From contig OZ252287.1 in the NCBI GenBank assembly GCA_965250085.1, positions 320,001 to 384,000 on the forward strand: 64,000 bases of DNA, read 5' to 3'. A program made the position numbers and the translations under genes. The notes below the pieces were generated by a model. The model was given only the letters and a program-made list of their open reading frames with translations. It was not told the DNA's origin and ran no database searches. Below, one piece after another: positions 19,388 through 29,182 of this stretch; within the stretch, counting starts at the first letter, position 1; each line of letters starts with the position of its first letter. Origin of the DNA: Candidatus Altimarinota bacterium. GTDB taxonomy: Bacteria; Patescibacteriota; Gracilibacteria; CAIRYL01.

Positions 19388-19920
19388 CGCGCTCCAAGCT
19401 ACAGATAAATGCGGCGTTGGTGGAATAGGCACGATGCGTCTTCTTATTGTTTGTCGCTAGCGTCGACTGATCTTTGCGGACCGCTTCACTTTCAAAGGGA
19501 GCGTACATCGACTGACTGACCTCGCCATCTTGCACACATCTTCCCTGTACTACTCTCCAAGGAATTCGAAGAGGGCATACCCCTTCTTCACCGCCCCCGC
19601 CCCTGGCAGACCACACACCGGAGGCAGCCCGGCAATGCAGGGCTTCCAGAGCAATTGGGCAGAGCTGTGCTCGGGGCCGCCCAATTGCAATCTTGCTCCT
19701 CGGTGCCGCAGCGCGGCATCCCGAGCACACACCGCTCACACACACGCCCACCGGCGGCCATGCCGCCTCTTCCTGCTGTCCGGGTTCTGATTCCGGTGAC
19801 GAGAATGAGAACAGATATCGGCTCTTCGGCTTCACGATCGGCAACTGAGAACCTGGACACGATGCCGTGTCATCGGAGAATGGAGGATACGCTTCCTCTT
19901 CTTTCCTTCTCGATCCTCTG

Positions 19921-20067
19921 ATGGCAGTAACGGTCTCCGAAGCACGGCAGATCCTCGGTTCTGATGCAGACCCCTTGTCGGACGAAGACATCCGAGAAAT
20001 GCTGGCGAGCTTGTACCTTCTTGCCGAAGAACTCCTTGATCTGCAGGAGAAGGGAGGATTACAGTGA
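19921..20067 (+). CDS. small acidic protein upstream of the recombinase
   Basis: MAVTVSEARQILGSDADPLSDEDIREMLASLYLLAEELLD; helical, directly precedes the recombinase. Confidence 0.55.
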   Translation: MAVTVSEARQILGSDADPLSDEDIREMLASLYLLAEELLDLQEKGGLQ

Positions 20068-20116
20068 TCGCACTGCAGATATTAGAAATTGGAAAAATCT
20101 TTCTCCCCTTGTTCGA

Positions 20117-21649
20117 GTGCCATGCGCTGTGCTCTACTGCCGGGTCTCCAGTCAGAAACAAGTTCGTGAAGGACATGGGCTCAGTTCACAGGAAACCACC
20201 TGCCGGCAATACGCTCGGGAACAAGGGTTTACGGTTGCTCGTGTTTTTACCGATGATGCTTCGGGAGGAGGCGATTTCTGGAAACGGCCGGGGATCTGTC
20301 AGCTCCTTGCATTCCTCGAAGAACAGGAAGAGAAGAAATATGCCGTTATCTTTGACGACATCAAGAGATTTGCCCGCGACACGGTCTTTCACCTGAAACT
20401 TCGGCAGGAACTGGCGGTGAGAAATGCCTATCCCCTCTGTCCCACGTTCCGCTTTGATGATTCTCCAGAAGGGGCGTTTGTAGAAACGGTCATTGCGGCG
20501 ACAGCAGAACTCGAACGCAAGCAGAACCGACGGCAGGTCATTCGTCGGATGAAGGCGCGCCTTCAAGCCGGGTACTGGGTTTTCGGTCCCCCACTCGGAT
20601 ATCGGTATGGGAAGAAACGAGGGCAGAAGATTCTTGTTCCAGATGTACCGGCGTCTGATGCCGTGACGGAGGCTTTGAAGCAATATGCTTCTGGAGAACT
20701 GCCCACGCAGCGGAGTGTCGGACGCTTTCTCCAACAACAAGGGCGCTTCCGGCGCTCGTCAACACACCGATCATTCCCGGCAGAAACCATACGGCGATTG
20801 CTCAGCAATGAGATCTATTCCGGCTGGTGTGTCTGCACCAAATGGAATCTGCGGGTGAAGGGAATTCATAGGGCTCTTATCAGCGAAGAAACGTATCGAA
20901 GGATTCTCAGCAGACTCGATCACCGGAAGAAAACGAAGGGAGTGAGATGTCTCAAGAAACGGGAAGAATTTCCCTTGCGAGGATTTCTGCGATGCACTCG
21001 ATGTGATCGGCAGATCTCTTCCTATTGGGCCAAAGGACGAAGCAAACGATACGCCTACTACGGGTGCCCGAATCCCGGATGCTTCAATCTACGGAAAGAG
21101 AAGATGGAGGACCAGTTTCTTGATCGTCTCCACGATGCCGTGCCTTCTGCAAGTTCTGTAAGACTCCTCGAAGCCGTGCTGACCGATGCCTTTCAGAACA
21201 GACTGACCACACGGGAACAGATACGAACCGCACGGCGGAAAGCAAAACCTCAGATCCAGAAGAAGATCGATTCCTGTCTTGATGCCTTGCAGAGTGCTTC
21301 AGCTCCCGCTGTCCGACAGATCTATGAAGAACGAATCGAGACCCTGCAAGCCGAACTCGACCAGCTGGCAACAGCAAGAAGCGATGAAGCGCAATACACT
21401 CTTGAACCACTCCTCACCAGTGGCAGAGATATTCTGCAAAACCCGGTGCGAACCTGGAAAAACAGCGATCTGAGTCGTCGCCAGATTATCCAGAAACTCG
21501 TCTTCACTCCGCCTATTGCCTATCACAGAGATTCAGGACTTCGAACCGCTCGATTCTCGCTTCTCTACCGTCTCATCCGACAGTCGGAAAAGGGGAAATC
21601 CTGTTTGGTGGACCCGGCTGGATTTGAACCAGCGACCAATCGGTTATGA
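20117..21649 (+). CDS. large serine recombinase (island 1); start uncertain (GTG 20117; frame open from 19964)
   Basis: AVLYCRVSS catalytic motif, DDIKRFARD, FPLRGFLRCTRC zinc ribbon, coiled coil; 3' end overlaps the tRNA antisense. Confidence 0.9.
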   Translation: MPCAVLYCRVSSQKQVREGHGLSSQETTCRQYAREQGFTVARVFTDDASGGGDFWKRPGICQLLAFLEEQEEKKYAVIFDDIKRFARDTVFHLKLRQELAVRNAYPLCPTFRFDDSPEGAFVETVIAATAELERKQNRRQVIRRMKARLQAGYWVFGPPLGYRYGKKRGQKILVPDVPASDAVTEALKQYASGELPTQRSVGRFLQQQGRFRRSSTHRSFPAETIRRLLSNEIYSGWCVCTKWNLRVKGIHRALISEETYRRILSRLDHRKKTKGVRCLKKREEFPLRGFLRCTRCDRQISSYWAKGRSKRYAYYGCPNPGCFNLRKEKMEDQFLDRLHDAVPSASSVRLLEAVLTDAFQNRLTTREQIRTARRKAKPQIQKKIDSCLDALQSASAPAVRQIYEERIETLQAELDQLATARSDEAQYTLEPLLTSGRDILQNPVRTWKNSDLSRRQIIQKLVFTPPIAYHRDSGLRTARFSLLYRLIRQSEKGKSCLVDPAGFEPATNRL

Positions 21650-21681
21650 GCCGACTGCTCTAACCACTGAGCTACGGGTCC
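21606..21681 (-). tRNA. tRNA-Ile2 (CAT anticodon; Met not excluded)
   Basis: GGACCCGTAGCTCAGTGGTTAGAGCAGTCGGCT-CAT-AACCGATTGGTCGCTGGTTCAAATCCAGCCGGGTCCACCA. Confidence 0.92.
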
Positions 21682-21845
21682 AATGCTCGGGAAATACTAT
21701 AATGCAATGGAAGTAAATCGCAACTCATTTATGTTCACTCCAACGCTCAATCCCATTATGCGAAACTCCTCTCTTGCCCTTGAGTTACGGATTCATGGCT
21801 CAGAAAAGAGTATACGGCAGCAAATTGCTGAGAGAAAACACTTGT

Positions 21846-22358
21846 CTATTTTTTCTTCGCCACAACTTTTTTCGCCACCTTTTTCGCTTTTGTTTCTTTC
21901 TTTGGTTGTGCTTCTTCTCCTCGTACTTCCACCGCTATAGAAACGTCTACTTCTTCTCCAAGATTAAGTTGAACAGTATACGACCCTTCTTCCTTGATAT
22001 GTTCTTTCATTTTCACCTGATCAACTGAAACTTCGATCTTTTGAGATTTTTTGAGTTCTGCAACGATGTCTTTTTCTGCTACAGATCCATACAGATGTCC
22101 TTTTGCGGTAAGTTTTTTAGAAAAAGACAGGGTGATCTTCTTGAGTTGTGACACCACCTCTCGTGCCTTTTGCAGTACTTCTTCTTGTGTTTTTATGCGC
22201 TCGGATTGTATTTTTCTCGCATGAGAAAGTGCTGGTGCATTCGCACTGGTGGCAAAACGTTTTGGAAAAAGGTAATTACGTGCATATCCAGGAGAGACGT
22301 CTACTACATCTCCTGAAAATCCGAGTTTTTTTACATCTGTAAGAAGAATAACTTGCAT
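21846..22358 (-). CDS. rplI: 50S ribosomal protein L9
   Basis: MQVILLTDVKKLG, GYARNYLFP, LYGSV, IKEEGSY; Lys-rich tail. Confidence 0.95.
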   Translation of the reverse strand: MQVILLTDVKKLGFSGDVVDVSPGYARNYLFPKRFATSANAPALSHARKIQSERIKTQEEVLQKAREVVSQLKKITLSFSKKLTAKGHLYGSVAEKDIVAELKKSQKIEVSVDQVKMKEHIKEEGSYTVQLNLGEEVDVSIAVEVRGEEAQPKKETKAKKVAKKVVAKKK

Positions 22359-22373
22359 ATGGAAAGACAAAAA

Positions 22374-24617
22374 TTAGAAAAATGTATTTTTAAAAGAAGT
22401 AAAGAGCCAAGGAACAAAACTGAGCCAATTTTTTTTTGGTACAAACGTCCGACTCTCACGTATATGCCAATCCTCGACGTTAGAAAACTTGTCAGGAAAA
22501 AGTGCTATGTAATTAACTTCCAGGTTCTGCACCTTTGAGTTGACCGGCATCGTGTAATAAGGACTGAAGAGAAAAACTGCTGGTACATCTTTTTTAATGA
22601 TTTCTCTGAGTTGAGAGAGTTTTTCATTTCTTTCTTCCTCATTGTGGGTCTGGCGGATCTCTTCCAAAAGAATCCCTGCTTCAAAGCTCTTATATTTTGA
22701 GAGATTGGACCCGCCCTCATCAGCCTGGCTGAAGTGCCAGAATGAAAAAGCGTCGGGATTGTAGCCTAGGTTTTGCCCGTAAAGCAAGAGATCATAGTCC
22801 TTTTGAATGATAGCCGCTTCAACAAATTTTTCTTGATCTAATATCTCTACTTCAATGTCTATTCCTACCTCAGCCCACTGAGATTTTAAGGCAGTAGCAA
22901 CTTCAGGATAAAACGATGGAGATGAGATAGTAGTCATTCGAAGAGAGAGCCTTTCTCCTTCTTCATTTTGACGAACAACTGGAGCTTTATCTCCACCAGC
23001 AGCTGCAGCTGAAGGAAATATTTGAAAGAACGCAGATTTGGCATCTTCATCCACATACAACGTTACTACTTCTTCATCTAGTTTTTTTCCATTCTTATCA
23101 AAAAATTCTACAGTGTATGTGTTTTTCCCCTTTGTGATGGTTTCGATCTCAAAATTGAGTTTATATGAAAATCGTTGCTTTTCTGGAGTAAACAATTGGA
23201 GATTATATCCATTTACTCGAACCGTTTGAGTTCCCTCCGGAAATGATCCCAAAAGAAAATCGGCTTCTTGAGATTGAACATGTTGATTATTTTTTATGAC
23301 CGGCTGGAATACATATTTCAAGTCTTCTGCATTTGCTTCCAAAGGTGTGTCTTCATTTGCGTCTTGAGATTCTTCATTCTCTAATTCTTCCAAATCTTCA
23401 TCCTGATTATCTTGTTCATCCTGAATTTCATCAAGAGAATCATCATCGGGAAGATCTTCCTCTTCACTTAAGGAAGACTTTGGTATTTCAGGAAGAAGCC
23501 ATCCAGAATCTTTTAAGGCGCCTGCTGCTTTTTCGGTGTCAAACTCAAAAAGCCACTCAGAAAGATCTGTTTCCAGGAGAGGGGTGTCTATTCGTTTTCC
23601 AGAAACAATTTTAAGGATTTCCTCTTTATCAGTTGCCAATTGCAAAGCCAACCGCACCTTCTGGTTTTCTTCTCCAGAAAGCTTTGGGGAATCCATATTG
23701 ATAAATACAGCTGCGTATTGAGGAATAATAAAATTCAAAGGCTTAAAGTTTTTGTCGTCCTCCAAAAATTCATATTGAGACTTCAATTTGGGATGGAGGG
23801 CATCCAGCTTGGAAATATTGTTTACCATCAGGTCTACATTTGGAAACAGCTGAAACTCAAAAAATGAAATTTTTGGCTTTCCAGAAATATATTCCGGAAA
23901 TGCTTCTAAAGAAATAGTTGTGATAGGAGATTCTTCCGAAAAACCAATTCCACGAAATCGGTATGGTCCGGCTCCAATGGGGTCCTGATTGAAAACGTCG
24001 TATTGCAGGCTTTCTACCGGAACTTCTTGGAGTAAATGCTGAGGAACAAGGCCAATTGTAAAGTTGGTGAGAAAAAATTTATAGGGAACAGGAAGAGTAA
24101 ATGTAACTGTTTTATCATCTACTTTTTCTATTTCTACGCCTTTAAATGTATGATTCAGGAGCTTGTTGGGGAAATCTGGGTGCTGAATCAGAGATTTATA
24201 GGTAAATATCACATCGTCAGCAATGAGAGGCTCTCCATTATGCCATGTGAGGTTTTCTTTGAGAGTAAAGGTGTAGGTTTTTTTATCAGGAGAAAGAGTA
24301 TGATCTGCGAGATGGTCTTCTATCGTACCGGTAGATGGGTCATACCGCATGAGGCCCGCAAATATGAGTCGCGCAATATCTGCCTCTACAGAAGTCGCTT
24401 TGTTATTTCCCGTAACCAGTAATGGGTTGAGAAAAAAGTTTTGATCTACAATCGCTACTGCTCCTTCTGTAAGGGTGCCTCCTTCTGCAGAGTATGCAAC
24501 CGTATTTTCTTCATAAAATCGCCAAATAAGCCCTCCAAAAGAGATCAGAAAAATGAGCACAAAGAATGCCAGAAGTGCTTTTTGTGACTTTGAAAAATGC
24601 CAAAAAAGTCGTTTCAT
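22374..24617 (-). CDS. OppA/SBP_bac_5-like substrate-binding protein with an acidic and beta-rich insert
   Basis: GGTLTEG, TFTLKENLTWHNGEPLIADDVIFTY, PIGAGPY, N-terminal TM anchor. Confidence 0.85.
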   Translation of the reverse strand: MKRLFWHFSKSQKALLAFFVLIFLISFGGLIWRFYEENTVAYSAEGGTLTEGAVAIVDQNFFLNPLLVTGNNKATSVEADIARLIFAGLMRYDPSTGTIEDHLADHTLSPDKKTYTFTLKENLTWHNGEPLIADDVIFTYKSLIQHPDFPNKLLNHTFKGVEIEKVDDKTVTFTLPVPYKFFLTNFTIGLVPQHLLQEVPVESLQYDVFNQDPIGAGPYRFRGIGFSEESPITTISLEAFPEYISGKPKISFFEFQLFPNVDLMVNNISKLDALHPKLKSQYEFLEDDKNFKPLNFIIPQYAAVFINMDSPKLSGEENQKVRLALQLATDKEEILKIVSGKRIDTPLLETDLSEWLFEFDTEKAAGALKDSGWLLPEIPKSSLSEEEDLPDDDSLDEIQDEQDNQDEDLEELENEESQDANEDTPLEANAEDLKYVFQPVIKNNQHVQSQEADFLLGSFPEGTQTVRVNGYNLQLFTPEKQRFSYKLNFEIETITKGKNTYTVEFFDKNGKKLDEEVVTLYVDEDAKSAFFQIFPSAAAAGGDKAPVVRQNEEGERLSLRMTTISSPSFYPEVATALKSQWAEVGIDIEVEILDQEKFVEAAIIQKDYDLLLYGQNLGYNPDAFSFWHFSQADEGGSNLSKYKSFEAGILLEEIRQTHNEEERNEKLSQLREIIKKDVPAVFLFSPYYTMPVNSKVQNLEVNYIALFPDKFSNVEDWHIRESRTFVPKKNWLSFVPWLFTSFKNTFF

Positions 24618-24626
24618 GATTTTGTT

Positions 24627-24872
24627 TTAAACAAACAAGATTTCTATCTGTGGCCAGAATGCAACGACAAGTGCATTGAGGCAAAAGAGCACCGTGAGCG
24701 TCACTGTTGCCCGAAAAAGAAGTTTTTCTGCTCCTCTGCGAACGGCAAAAAATTCACCGCCACCACTTCCACCAATAGCACCAGAGAGTCCCTCTCCTCT
24801 GTTTTGAAGCAAAATAGCAACGAGAAGCAATACAGAAATAATAAGCTGTGTAATAAGGAAAATAGTATTCAT
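24627..24872 (-). CDS. secG: preprotein translocase SecG
   Basis: ILLQNRGEGLSGAIGG, RRGAEKLL, two TM helices. Confidence 0.92.
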   Translation of the reverse strand: MNTIFLITQLIISVLLLVAILLQNRGEGLSGAIGGSGGGEFFAVRRGAEKLLFRATVTLTVLFCLNALVVAFWPQIEILFV

Positions 24873-25058
24873 TTTTCTCAAAAAAAGCGTTGTGGATAAT
24901 ACGTTTTTTGTCTCATAGCGTCAATGAAGTCGCTAGAGAGTTTAATAAAGAAAAATATGCAAACTCCCCTGAAAAACCTGAGGAAAAAATAAACATTTTC
25001 TGTTCTCAAGAGAGAATGCTCTGTCGTACAATAGAACCAATTTATAAACTTGAAACAT

Positions 25059-25313
25059 ATGGAATCTGCAGAACTTATTGGTTTTCTCGCTGGGATATTG
25101 GTCGCAATATCACTCTTTCCACAAATTCTTAAATCTTGGCGAACAAAATCAACCAAAGATATCGCCCTTGCCTGGACCCTTATCAATCTCTCAGGACAGA
25201 TCCTCTGGATTGTTTATGGTATCAAAATTGGAAGTCCGTCCTTAGTCGCTATGAGTAGTCTGACCTTGATGATGACGCTGTTTCTTATAGGCTTAAAGCT
25301 TAGATTTGGGTAA
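25059..25313 (+). CDS. SemiSWEET / PQ-loop transporter
   Basis: LFPQILKSWRTKSTKDI, three TM helices. Confidence 0.9.
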   Translation: MESAELIGFLAGILVAISLFPQILKSWRTKSTKDIALAWTLINLSGQILWIVYGIKIGSPSLVAMSSLTLMMTLFLIGLKLRFG

Positions 25314-25391
25314 GTAAGAAAAGTAGCTTCAGTAAGCCATAAAATAAATAGTGAAGAGAAAAGAAAATACACATCCTCTGAAAACTATTTG

Positions 25392-25730
25392 CTAGTAATG
25401 GCCTATAGTTCCTCCGATTCCAGTGCCTGGGCGATCAGTGCCATAGAAAGTGAGACCCTTCCGCCTATCTTTGTTCTGAGGAAGTCCTCCTCCTCTCATA
25501 GTGAGATCCTCCTGCCTTTTTTCTTGCTGAGAAAGTCCTCCTCTCATAGGTCGAACAGGAGGTGGAATAGGTCGTTGCCTAGCCAGTTCACGCCTTACAC
25601 TAGCCAGTTCACGCCTTACACCTCTCATTACATCTTCAGCGCCACCATTGACTCTTGAATCTTCACAATTCTGATCTTCTTCATCCACAGGAATGCTCTT
25701 CGTCTCGGTAGCAGGGGATTCTCTCGTCAT
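25392..25730 (-). CDS. orphan protein with internal repeats
   Basis: 21-bp tandem repeat at ~25579-25621 (VRRELAS/VRRELAR) and repeated MRGG...Q...R units. Confidence 0.5.
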   Translation of the reverse strand: MTRESPATETKSIPVDEEDQNCEDSRVNGGAEDVMRGVRRELASVRRELARQRPIPPPVRPMRGGLSQQEKRQEDLTMRGGGLPQNKDRRKGLTFYGTDRPGTGIGGTIGHY

Positions 25731-25818
25731 AAGAAAGCTGGATAACTTTTTAGGAAACTGCCTTTAAAACTCAATCCCAAGTATAACAGTGTAATATTCG
25801 ACTTGTCAAAAAAATATC

Positions 25819-26232
25819 CTATAATTGATCTGTTATACGTGAAAGTACAATACGCAGTGTATTTTGTATTTCCCGTATCTCTAAAATTTCTGTTACTTCC
25901 ATATCTGCTTCTCCATCTACTTGTCTTGCATACTTCATATTGACTCTATTCCCCTCTACTCGCAATTGTTGAACATCGTAATGTAGTGTTGGGAGTCTTT
26001 CAAACGCGCTTTCCCACCATTCTCTGAGTTGGTCTTTTCCTTTGACCCAACCTTGTGTTTCTGGCTGATGCTTTTGTAATTTTGGACTATAATGCTCTGC
26101 ATCATCAGCATAAAGGCTCAATAACGCTTCAATGTCATGCTTATTAAATGCCCGAAACCATTCTATGGCTACTGCCATTATTTCCTCCGCATCCAATTTG
26201 CCCGCTGTTGGGAGCTTGTCAGGTGTTCCCAT
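25819..26232 (-). CDS. SnoaL/NTF2-like protein
   Basis: WFRAFNKHDIEALLSLYADDAEHYSP, GKDQLREWW. Confidence 0.85.
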   Translation of the reverse strand: MGTPDKLPTAGKLDAEEIMAVAIEWFRAFNKHDIEALLSLYADDAEHYSPKLQKHQPETQGWVKGKDQLREWWESAFERLPTLHYDVQQLRVEGNRVNMKYARQVDGEADMEVTEILEIREIQNTLRIVLSRITDQL

Positions 26233-26295
26233 AAAAATTTATAAAAGAAAGAAAGGGATACCTCTCATTTTAGACTTTAAGATTCTGGAAATATT

Positions 26296-27552
26296 TTACC
26301 TACTTCCTTCTTCTGCAATTTGTGCCTGATGCTCTTGCTCAGCAGTGCTTTCAATCCAGAGATAAAAGAGGTAGCCAATTATAAGGAGTAAGGATCCTAA
26401 AATAACGATAAGGAGTGTCATTATTCCCAATGCATGAGTAAAAAAAGCAAGAACAAGGAGTCCAGCTCCTATGAGTATTTTTAACATCTTTAAGAACGAA
26501 AAACTTTTTGGAGCGAGCATCAATTTTTGTGTTTCGTCAGTAAAAGAAGGTGCCATGAGCCCAATAGCGATCAAACTCACTCCAAGAGATCCCGGAAGCA
26601 GCCATAATCCGTGGAGAGTCTCTTCAGTCCCAACATGCTCAAGGATAATAATAAGTCCTGCTCCTGCCGCAGCGATTCCTGCAAAGACAAAGAGATGCAT
26701 ATACGTCCACAGCTGACGCCACCAAAGACTTGTCTTTACCGTTCGGCGAGCAACTGTGTCAAAATATATCCACCATACCGCAAAAGCTATGCTCACGCCT
26801 AACATGCCCAGCACAATATGCTGAGTACTCAGAATTTCTTGATCAGTCATTACTGTAATTACGCCAATCACGAGTTCCCCCAAAACAATGATGGACATAA
26901 GACCAAAGCGTTCTCTCATTTTTGCACTCGTTGAACCAAATGACGTTTCTCTCTTACTGATGATATGAGCAAAAACAATCGGGGTAAGAAGGTCAACAAA
27001 TAATGCCACACCCCAAAGAACAAGACGTATCTGGAGTGGAACAAAAATAGAAATGATAAAGAGTGTCGTGGAGAGACCAAAACCTATCACAGGTATTTGT
27101 ACAACACTCTTCATGTGTGGAATGTTCATATTATGTCTGCCAGCACGCAAGAACATAAGAGTACTAAATCCATGGTGCATGATGTAGGCAATAGCAAATG
27201 GGATACTGGTTTCATTCATAGCTCCACCAATAAATACCGCCATACCAGCAACAGCAATCATTTGGATATAGGTGAATACGCGAATGCTCAAATCATGAGT
27301 CTCAAAGGCATCAAAATAATACGCTCCTGTCAGCCATGCATACCAAACCGGTAGGAAAAGAAAAACGAAGACCAGAAGTCCCTTGAGATCTGGATGCATA
27401 ACGAGGTGATGAGTAAGCTGCGCAATGAGAGCTACAAAAACAAGGTCATAAAACAGCTCAAGCCATGAAACCCTTCTTTCTACATCAGGATCACGAAAAT
27501 CTGGTTTATGCCACCAAAGTCTTTTGTGATGTGTGTGTTCATGTTTTTTCAT
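26296..27552 (-). CDS. ltrA: low temperature requirement protein A family
   Basis: RVSWLELFYDLVFV, ERFGLMSIIVLGE, WWIYFD. Confidence 0.88.
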   Translation of the reverse strand: MKKHEHTHHKRLWWHKPDFRDPDVERRVSWLELFYDLVFVALIAQLTHHLVMHPDLKGLLVFVFLFLPVWYAWLTGAYYFDAFETHDLSIRVFTYIQMIAVAGMAVFIGGAMNETSIPFAIAYIMHHGFSTLMFLRAGRHNMNIPHMKSVVQIPVIGFGLSTTLFIISIFVPLQIRLVLWGVALFVDLLTPIVFAHIISKRETSFGSTSAKMRERFGLMSIIVLGELVIGVITVMTDQEILSTQHIVLGMLGVSIAFAVWWIYFDTVARRTVKTSLWWRQLWTYMHLFVFAGIAAAGAGLIIILEHVGTEETLHGLWLLPGSLGVSLIAIGLMAPSFTDETQKLMLAPKSFSFLKMLKILIGAGLLVLAFFTHALGIMTLLIVILGSLLLIIGYLFYLWIESTAEQEHQAQIAEEGSR

Positions 27553-27653
27553 ATACTTCCTGCCCAGAGTCAAAAAATAAAAAATCCTCGTAATGATATG
27601 CTATTACAAATGTAAATTCAAAAATATAAAAAAATATAGTAACCTCATTTTTT

Positions 27654-27682
27654 TGAAAGAAAAGATATAATAGATGCGTATC
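27654..27682 (+). promoter_or_regulatory. ECF (SigW-like) promoter
   Basis: TGAAAG-N17-CGTATC upstream of the ECF sigma gene; second copy at 29103. Confidence 0.6.
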
Positions 27683-27690
27683 TAAAAATA

Positions 27691-28275
27691 ATGACTATTC
27701 CTTCTTTTGCTTCCCTCACCGACGAACAAATTGCAGAAAAAGCTCAGCTTCAGGATATTGCTGCTTTTGAATGCCTCGTACAGAGATATGAAAACCCTCT
27801 TCTAAGATATATTCTTCGCATTTCTCATTTCTCTCCAGAAGAAGCAGAAGAAATATTACAAGAAGTATTTCTCAAAGCTTGGAAAAATCTGAATGATTTT
27901 GATATTACTGAAAAATTTAGCAGTTGGATCTATCGCATTACTCATAACCAGACAATCTCAGAATTTCGAAAAGCAAAATCTCGTGGACTTGAACAGCAAA
28001 CAGCATGGAACGAAGAAATTTTTGGGAACTTGCCCGATAAGATTGATATTCCTGAAGAACTGAATCAAAAACTGAATTCAGAGAAAATTCACAAGATGCT
28101 TGATCTGATGCCAAAAAAATATAGCACAGTAATAATTTTAAATTTCTTAGAAGAAAAAAGTTATGACGAAATTTCTGATATATTGCACATTCCTCCCGGC
28201 ACTGTCGCTACACTTTTAAATCGGGCAAAGAAAACTTTTTATGAACTCCTTACCCGTAACCATATTTCTTTTTAA
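27691..28275 (+). CDS. ECF RNA polymerase sigma factor
   Basis: AEEILQEVFLKAW, FSSWIYRITHN, SYDEISDILHIPPGTVATLLNRAK. Confidence 0.92.
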   Translation: MTIPSFASLTDEQIAEKAQLQDIAAFECLVQRYENPLLRYILRISHFSPEEAEEILQEVFLKAWKNLNDFDITEKFSSWIYRITHNQTISEFRKAKSRGLEQQTAWNEEIFGNLPDKIDIPEELNQKLNSEKIHKMLDLMPKKYSTVIILNFLEEKSYDEISDILHIPPGTVATLLNRAKKTFYELLTRNHISF

Positions 28276-28278
28276 GAC

Positions 28279-29097
28279 ATGACAAAACTCTCCAAATCCA
28301 TCGCCGGCAAAATCAAAAAAGAAGAGATTCAACCAGATCCACATTGGAAATTCCTTTTAAAACACGGTTCATTCTGGGGTCTTTTTGCTGGCGCTCTTTT
28401 GATTGGAGCTGTCGCATTTTCTGTAATCCTGTTTGTATTCTCCGAGGCAGACTTTGAACTTTTGCAGCATGTCACACGAGGGAGATTCGGTGGTGCCATC
28501 ACTCATCTTTTAGTGTTTTGGGGTATCTTCTTTGGCATCTTTTTGGGACTCGCTTTCTACGGGGCCCGCCACACCAAAAAAGGATATCGGTTTCCTCTCT
28601 GGAAACTAGTCAGTGCTAATGTACTGGGAAGCATCATTTTGGGGGGGATTGCTTATGGCTTTGGTGGAGCTGAGCACTTTGAACATTCAATCGGAAAACG
28701 TATACCGGGATATACAATGTTTGAACATCATCAAACAGAAATGTGGTCCCAGCCTGAAGATGGACTCCTGGCGGGCACTATTGTAGAAATTACAGAAGAG
28801 ACCATTCTTATTTTAGAAGATTTGGGAGAAAAAAAATGGGAAGTTTCCCTCATTTTAAAGCGCCCCATGGATAGAGGAATCAGGACGGACAAAAAATTGA
28901 TCGGACGAAAGATTAAACTGATAGGAACAAAAACCAGTGACAGTACTTTTGAAGCAAATCGTATTCTGCCATGGAAACGACATCGGCCTCCATTCCGAAA
29001 AAATGGAGAACGCCCTGAAGAACACTTGATGGAGATGATGAGGATTCAAGGAGGAGAAGAACCGATCATTCCTCTGCCTCCTCAGGAAAGAAAATAA
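28279..29097 (+). CDS. membrane protein, probable anti-sigma factor
   Basis: Three TM helices, immediately after the ECF sigma gene. Confidence 0.6.
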   Translation: MTKLSKSIAGKIKKEEIQPDPHWKFLLKHGSFWGLFAGALLIGAVAFSVILFVFSEADFELLQHVTRGRFGGAITHLLVFWGIFFGIFLGLAFYGARHTKKGYRFPLWKLVSANVLGSIILGGIAYGFGGAEHFEHSIGKRIPGYTMFEHHQTEMWSQPEDGLLAGTIVEITEETILILEDLGEKKWEVSLILKRPMDRGIRTDKKLIGRKIKLIGTKTSDSTFEANRILPWKRHRPPFRKNGERPEEHLMEMMRIQGGEEPIIPLPPQERK

Positions 29098-29102
29098 TTT
29101 TT

Positions 29103-29130
29103 TGAAAGGAATAAAATTCGTATGCGTATC
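29103..29130 (+). promoter_or_regulatory. ECF (SigW-like) promoter
   Basis: TGAAAG-N16-CGTATC. Confidence 0.6.
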
Positions 29131-29182
29131 AAGGGGTGGACTAGCCCACTTCATATATTTTTTTCTTTTAATTATTTTTACT

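Larger units (their letters stand above)
13367..21614. mobile_element. genomic island 1 (~8.2 kb, GC-rich) integrated at the 3' end of tRNA-Ile2(CAT)
   Basis: TGGTGGACC direct repeat at 13367-13375 and 21606-21614; visibly higher GC; large serine recombinase and tyrosine integrase inside. Confidence 0.88.

Noticed and set aside
20117-20140. Frameshifted recombinase start (out-of-frame ATG at 20122 reading MRC)
   Set aside because: An in-frame GTG at 20117 precedes the catalytic motif, so no frameshift is required; unresolved without homologs
13367-21614. Prophage
   Set aside because: No terminase, capsid, tail or replication genes; the CHAP protein has a signal peptide and no lysis-cassette context
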